From: Opitutales bacterium
Lineage (GTDB): Bacteria > Verrucomicrobiota > Verrucomicrobiia > Opitutales > T3Sed10-336
Reading direction: 5' to 3'
Assembly (NCBI GenBank): GCA_007132315.1
Contig: SLOW01000259.1
Location: 1-32,315, forward strand
Length of the DNA stretch: 32,315 nucleotides
Shown one piece after another: positions 28,104 to 32,315 of this stretch. The translations under genes were made by a program, and so were the position numbers. The notes below the pieces were generated by a model. It saw only the letters and a list, made by a program, of their open reading frames with translations, made no database searches and was not told the DNA's origin. Within the stretch, counting starts at the first letter, position 1. The number at the start of each line of letters is the position of its first letter.

Positions 28104-28387
28104 AGTCGCCCGATCAAGTGATCAAGGCGCTGCGGTTGACCGAAAAATCGACCCAGCTTTCAGCCAATACCGGCCAGTACACCTTCGAGGTGTTCGACAG
28201 TGCCGACAGGATTTCCATCAAGAACGCCGTTGAAAAGGTGTTCAAGGTCACCGTTCGACGCGTCAACGTTCTGCGCACCAAGCCGCGCGTCTCGCGCAAC
28301 ATGCGCACCGGGCGCATGGGCCGCAAGAGCGGAATGAAAAAGGCGATCGTGACGCTTCAGGAAGGCGACAAGATCGAGATCGTGTAA
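28100..28387 (+). CDS. rplW: 50S ribosomal protein L23
   Basis: LTEKS, YTFEV, IKNAVEKVF, KKAIVTL; ATGA overlap with rplD; GGAGG RBS. Confidence 0.97.
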   Translation: MKSPDQVIKALRLTEKSTQLSANTGQYTFEVFDSADRISIKNAVEKVFKVTVRRVNVLRTKPRVSRNMRTGRMGRKSGMKKAIVTLQEGDKIEIV

Positions 28388-28421
28388 GGGTTGTCGAGAC
28401 CCGCGAAGGAGAATAACGACC

Positions 28422-29267
28422 ATGCCTCTCAAGAAATTCAGACCACACACGCCGACTCAGCGCTTCCTGTTGTTGAGCAAGCAGCCGGACCTGGCGGACA
28501 AGCGGCCGGAGAAGCGCCTCGCCAAATCGACCAAAAAGTCGGGAGGACGCAACGCCTACGGACGCATCACCTCGCGCCGACGCGGCGCGGGTCACAAGCG
28601 GCTCTATCGTCGGATCGATTTTCGGCGCGAGAAACTCGATATCCCCGCCCGGGTACAGACTATCGAACACGATCCCAACCGCTCCGCGAATATCGCCCTG
28701 CTGGCGTACCGTGACGGAGAAAAACGCTACATCCTCGCCCCGCGCGGAGTTGCGGTGGGTGACACGCTGATTACCTCGGAAAAGGCGGCGTTCGATTCCG
28801 GCAACTGCATGCCGCTGCGCGTGATCCCGCCCTCAACCAAGATTCACGCCATCGAGATGATTCCGGGCAAAGGCGCCCAAATAGCCCGCTCGGCCGGGAT
28901 GACGGCGCAACTGGTTTCGGTCGATGGCAACCGTGCCACAGTGAAATTGCCTTCCGGAGAAATCCGGATCATCCATGCGGCCTGCCGGGCGACCATCGGT
29001 GAAGTCGGCAACCACGAACACGGCAACGTCATCGAAGGCAAAGCCGGACGTCGTCGCTGGAAGGGGCGCCGGCCGCGCGTGCGCGGCGTGGCGATGAACC
29101 CGATCGACCACCCGATGGGCGGCGGTGAAGGCCGGACCTCGGGCGGCGGACACCCCGTCTCTCCCTGGGGCCAGCTCGCCAAGGGGTACCCGACCCGCCG
29201 GCGCTCGAAGCCGTCCAACGCCTTCATCCTGGTGCGCCGGGACGGAACCAAAGTGAAGAACAAATAA
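28422..29267 (+). CDS. rplB: 50S ribosomal protein L2
   Basis: [37 protein letters not shown]. Confidence 0.99.
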   Translation: MPLKKFRPHTPTQRFLLLSKQPDLADKRPEKRLAKSTKKSGGRNAYGRITSRRRGAGHKRLYRRIDFRREKLDIPARVQTIEHDPNRSANIALLAYRDGEKRYILAPRGVAVGDTLITSEKAAFDSGNCMPLRVIPPSTKIHAIEMIPGKGAQIARSAGMTAQLVSVDGNRATVKLPSGEIRIIHAACRATIGEVGNHEHGNVIEGKAGRRRWKGRRPRVRGVAMNPIDHPMGGGEGRTSGGGHPVSPWGQLAKGYPTRRRSKPSNAFILVRRDGTKVKNK

Positions 29268-29271
29268 GGTT

Positions 29272-29541
29272 ATGGCACGTTCGATCAAAAAAGGATTCTA
29301 CGTCGATCCCTCCCTCCAGGACAAAATCGAGGAGGCGCAGAAAGGTGGCGCCCGCAAACCGGTTCAAACCTGGTCGCGCCGATCGACAATCACGCCCGAC
29401 TTTGTCGGCGTCACGTTTAATGTCCACAACGGCAAGTCTTTTGTGCCGGTGTACGTGACCGAGAACATGGTCGGGCACAAACTCGGCGAATTCGCGCTGA
29501 CCCGTACCTTCAAGGGACACGGTTCCCACACCAAGAAATAA
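29272..29541 (+). CDS. rpsS: 30S ribosomal protein S19
   Basis: [28 protein letters not shown]. Confidence 0.99.
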   Translation: MARSIKKGFYVDPSLQDKIEEAQKGGARKPVQTWSRRSTITPDFVGVTFNVHNGKSFVPVYVTENMVGHKLGEFALTRTFKGHGSHTKK

Positions 29542-29561
29542 CCCGCCCGCCCGATAGTCCG

Positions 29562-29999
29562 ATGCCGTTCCAAACCAACAGAGTTTTCCGCGCCGCGCGC
29601 TCCTTCCCCCCCGGGAAGGCGGGCCTGGCCGCGCGAACCCTGTGTGGTTGCCTGGCGACGGCGGGGTTCCTTTGCGCGGAACCGGCCGGCGCGGAGCAGG
29701 AGACGCGGGCCTACGAACATCCGGCCTTTGTCGGAGTCGATTCGAGCGCCGTGCATCCGACCCGCGTTCACGACATCGTCTCGACCGAAGTCACCGACTT
29801 GGTCATGCTTCCGGCCGGAGCCGACGCGGGATATCGTCCGGGCATGGTTTGCCGGGTGACTCGCGACGGCGAAGCGGTGGCTGAAATTCTTCTGGTGGAA
29901 GTGCGCGAACACGTCGCGGCTGCCATCATTGTCGGAATCTTTCCCGATCAACTTATCCAGACCGGTGACGCGGTACGCGTCAAAACCGTCCAGCAGTAA
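29562..29999 (+). CDS. Hypothetical protein, probably exported, inside the S10 operon
   Basis: 145-aa ORF exactly fills the rpsS-rplV gap in the same orientation; signal-peptide-like N-terminus; beta-rich C-terminus; start codon uncertain. Confidence 0.8.
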   Translation: MPFQTNRVFRAARSFPPGKAGLAARTLCGCLATAGFLCAEPAGAEQETRAYEHPAFVGVDSSAVHPTRVHDIVSTEVTDLVMLPAGADAGYRPGMVCRVTRDGEAVAEILLVEVREHVAAAIIVGIFPDQLIQTGDAVRVKTVQQ

Positions 30000-30013
30000 C
30001 CTCTATCACGAAC

Positions 30014-30358
30014 ATGGAAATCCAATCGTTAACCAAATACGCCCGAATGTCGCCGAAGAAGGTTCGGGAAATCGTCCTGGAAATCCAGGGGCGCAACGCG
30101 GCGGGCGCGCTGGAGATGTTATCCTTTATCCCCCGCAAGTCGGCGCGCCTGGTGGCGAAGACACTGAAGTCTGCCATAGCGAACGCCGAAAACAACAACA
30201 ATTTGTCCTCGGACGACCTCATCGTGAAGAAGGCCGTCGTCGAGCAGGGGCCGGCTTTTCGCCGTTTCCGCGCCGGCGCCCGCGGAATGGCCAAACCATA
30301 TCGTAAACGGACCAGTCACATCCGGATCGTGCTGAGCGATGAACCGGCAACCAAGTAA
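30014..30358 (+). CDS. rplV: 50S ribosomal protein L22
   Basis: RMSPKKVR, LKSAIANAENN, ARG, RKRTSHI. Confidence 0.99.
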   Translation: MEIQSLTKYARMSPKKVREIVLEIQGRNAAGALEMLSFIPRKSARLVAKTLKSAIANAENNNNLSSDDLIVKKAVVEQGPAFRRFRAGARGMAKPYRKRTSHIRIVLSDEPATK

Positions 30359-30364
30359 TTTCCC

Positions 30365-31006
30365 ATGGGCCAAAAAGTAAATCCAATCGGTTTTCGTCTC
30401 CCTATCAACCGGGCCTGGCAATCGCGCTGGTATTCGGACAAGAAGAATTTCGGCCTGCTCCTGCGGGAGGATGAGTTGATCCGCGATCGCCTCCACGAGA
30501 AGCTTCGCTTCGCCGCGGTTCCCCGGATCCTGATCGAGCGCGCCTCCAACCGGGTGCGGGTGAAGATCTTCACCGCGCGCCCCGGCATCGTGATCGGGCG
30601 CAAAGGCCAGGAACTGGAGAAAATCAAGGAAGACCTGGCCAAGATCACCGGCCGCGACATCCTGCTGGATATCCAGGAGGTGAAGAAGCCGGAACTGGAC
30701 GCGCAGTTGGTGGCCGAGAGTGTCGCCCTCCAGCTTGAGCGCCGCATTTCCTTTCGGCGCGCCATGAAGAAGGCCGTGCAGATCGCTGTGAGTCTGGGCG
30801 CGGCGGGGATTCGCATTCAGGTGTCAGGACGCCTCGGCGGCGCCGATATCGCCCGAACCGAATCGCAGCGCTTCGGCAGCGTGCCCCTGCACACCCTGCG
30901 CGAGGAGATCGATTACGGCTTTGCCGAAGGCCGCACCATGTACGGGATCATCGGCGTGAAGTGCTGGGTGTGCGTTCCCGGCGCCGACGGCGACTCCAAT
31001 AATTGA
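30365..31006 (+). CDS. rpsC: 30S ribosomal protein S3
   Basis: MGQKVNPIGFRL, RPGIVIGRKG, SGRLGGADIARTE, VPLHTLR. Confidence 0.99.
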   Translation: MGQKVNPIGFRLPINRAWQSRWYSDKKNFGLLLREDELIRDRLHEKLRFAAVPRILIERASNRVRVKIFTARPGIVIGRKGQELEKIKEDLAKITGRDILLDIQEVKKPELDAQLVAESVALQLERRISFRRAMKKAVQIAVSLGAAGIRIQVSGRLGGADIARTESQRFGSVPLHTLREEIDYGFAEGRTMYGIIGVKCWVCVPGADGDSNN

Positions 31007-31049
31007 AAACACGTTAACGACCAGCAGAGAACGCCAGCCTGATTGAGCC

Positions 31050-31463
31050 ATGCCACTACTTCCAAGCAGAACCAAATACCGCAAGGTCCACCGCGGCAGC
31101 CGCGCCGGGAACGCCACTCGGGGCAATGCCTTGTCCTTCGGCGAATTCGGTATTCAGTCCCTGGGACGCGGTTGGATGACCGCCTCGCAGATTGAAGCCG
31201 CCCGTGTTGCCATCACCCGCAATATGAAACGTAAGGGAAAAGTGTGGATTCGGGTGTTTCCGCACAAACCGGTCAGCAAGAAACCGGCCGAGACCCGCAT
31301 GGGGAAAGGCAAAGGCGGCGTGGAATTCTGGGTGGCCGTGGTGCGGCCCGGCACGGTGTTGTTCGAAGTCTCCGGCGTCTCTCCCACCGTGGCCAAGGAG
31401 TCGCTGCGGCTGGCCGACACGAAGCTGCCCTTCCGCTGCCGGTTCATCGCCCGCGAAGCCTGA
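31050..31463 (+). CDS. rplP: 50S ribosomal protein L16
   Basis: [29 protein letters not shown]. Confidence 0.99.
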   Translation: MPLLPSRTKYRKVHRGSRAGNATRGNALSFGEFGIQSLGRGWMTASQIEAARVAITRNMKRKGKVWIRVFPHKPVSKKPAETRMGKGKGGVEFWVAVVRPGTVLFEVSGVSPTVAKESLRLADTKLPFRCRFIAREA

Positions 31464-31486
31464 AGGCCCAACCCGGATAATCATCC

Positions 31487-31690
31487 ATGAAAGCATCGGA
31501 AATCAACGAATTGTCCATCGAGGAAATCGGCAAGAAACTCCGCGATTCGCGCGACGAATTGCTGGATCTGCGGTTGCGCAAACAAGCCGGCCAACTCGAG
31601 AAAACCCATGAAATTCGTCTGCTGCGGCGCGATATCGCGCGCTGCCAGACGGTTCTGGCCCGGAAGAAAAAGGCGAGTCCCGCCGCCTGA
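31487..31690 (+). CDS. rpmC: 50S ribosomal protein L29
   Basis: Size and position; ELLDLR, GQLE, RRDIARCQTVL. Confidence 0.95.
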   Translation: MKASEINELSIEEIGKKLRDSRDELLDLRLRKQAGQLEKTHEIRLLRRDIARCQTVLARKKKASPAA

Positions 31691-31712
31691 CGCCAATCAA
31701 CCATTGACCACT

Positions 31713-32018
31713 ATGAGTGAACAGACGCGCAACAAGCGTAAATCCTACACCGGCACCGTTACCAGCAGCTCGGGCGACAAGTCCGTCAAAGTGACGATTC
31801 CGTACAAGATTCCCCACCCGCGCTACCGCAAGACGATCAACCGCAAGACGGTGGTGCACGCCCACGACGAGAACAGCGCGTCCAAGCCGGGCGACAAGGT
31901 GGAGATCATGGAAACCCGCCCACTGAGCAAGCTGAAGCGTTGGCGCATCCTCCGGGTCGTCGAAAGCGCTCCGGGGGGGGCCGTGCCTTCGGGCGCCGAA
32001 GCGGGGGAGGCTTCCTGA
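31713..32018 (+). CDS. rpsQ: 30S ribosomal protein S17
   Basis: [28 protein letters not shown]. Confidence 0.97.
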   Translation: MSEQTRNKRKSYTGTVTSSSGDKSVKVTIPYKIPHPRYRKTINRKTVVHAHDENSASKPGDKVEIMETRPLSKLKRWRILRVVESAPGGAVPSGAEAGEAS

Positions 32019-32040
32019 TTCCAGAAAGGAAAAATCCGTC

Positions 32041-32315
32041 ATGATACAACTTCTCAGCAGCTTACATGTCGCGGACAATACCGGCGCCCGGCGCGCGAAG
32101 ATGATCCGCCGCCTCGGTCAATTGAAAATGACCGCGGGGGTGGGAGACATCGTCGTGGTCAATATCAAGGACAGCGTCACCGACGCCAACGTCAAGAAGG
32201 GCGAAGTGGTCCGTGCCGTGGTGGTGCGCACCAAGGCGCCCATTCGCCGGGCGGACGGCAGCTACCTGCGTTTCGACAGCAACGCGGTGGTGATTCTGGA
32301 TGGCAACAACAACCC
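32041..32315 (+). CDS. rplN: 50S ribosomal protein L14 (partial, runs off the window end)
   Basis: Translates as [16 protein letters not shown]...VGDIVVV...[15 protein letters not shown]...[14 protein letters not shown]. Confidence 0.98.
   Translation, partial: MIQLLSSLHVADNTGARRAKMIRRLGQLKMTAGVGDIVVVNIKDSVTDANVKKGEVVRAVVVRTKAPIRRADGSYLRFDSNAVVILDGNNN

Overview
High-GC bacterial chromosomal window made almost entirely of housekeeping genes. Protein signatures (S12 'YIPDEGH', N-terminally extended EF-G, fusA followed directly by rpsJ without tuf, MiaA motif variants) suggest Verrucomicrobiota, probably Opitutia; this is inference, not a search result. Gene order: FAD-dependent oxidoreductase and tRNA-Pro(CGG) (-), Gfo/Idh/MocA (+), CapD/PglF-like protein (-), dtd and a ThuA-like gene (+), lipB (-), then a long + strand run (conserved hypothetical, lysS, lolC/E, lolD, GnnA-like oxidoreductase, lpxB, cimA, MBL hydrolase, ribD, rdgB, small membrane ORF), hup (-), a Gfo/TIM-barrel/Gfo sugar-catabolic trio (-), miaA, and the fused str-S10-spc ribosomal cluster from rpsL to a partial rplN. 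I found no CRISPR array, prophage, integrase or transposase, and no obvious multi-gene novel system. The best leads are: a hypothetical protein with PI3K/HipA-like kinase motifs directly upstream of lysS; an apparently exported non-ribosomal protein between rpsS and rplV; a CapD/PglF homolog with eroded active-site motifs; a structured AT-rich rpsJ-rplC spacer; a perfect 29-bp inverted repeat; a 23-bp REP-like repeat present twice; and a 1-bp frameshift in the TIM-barrel gene.
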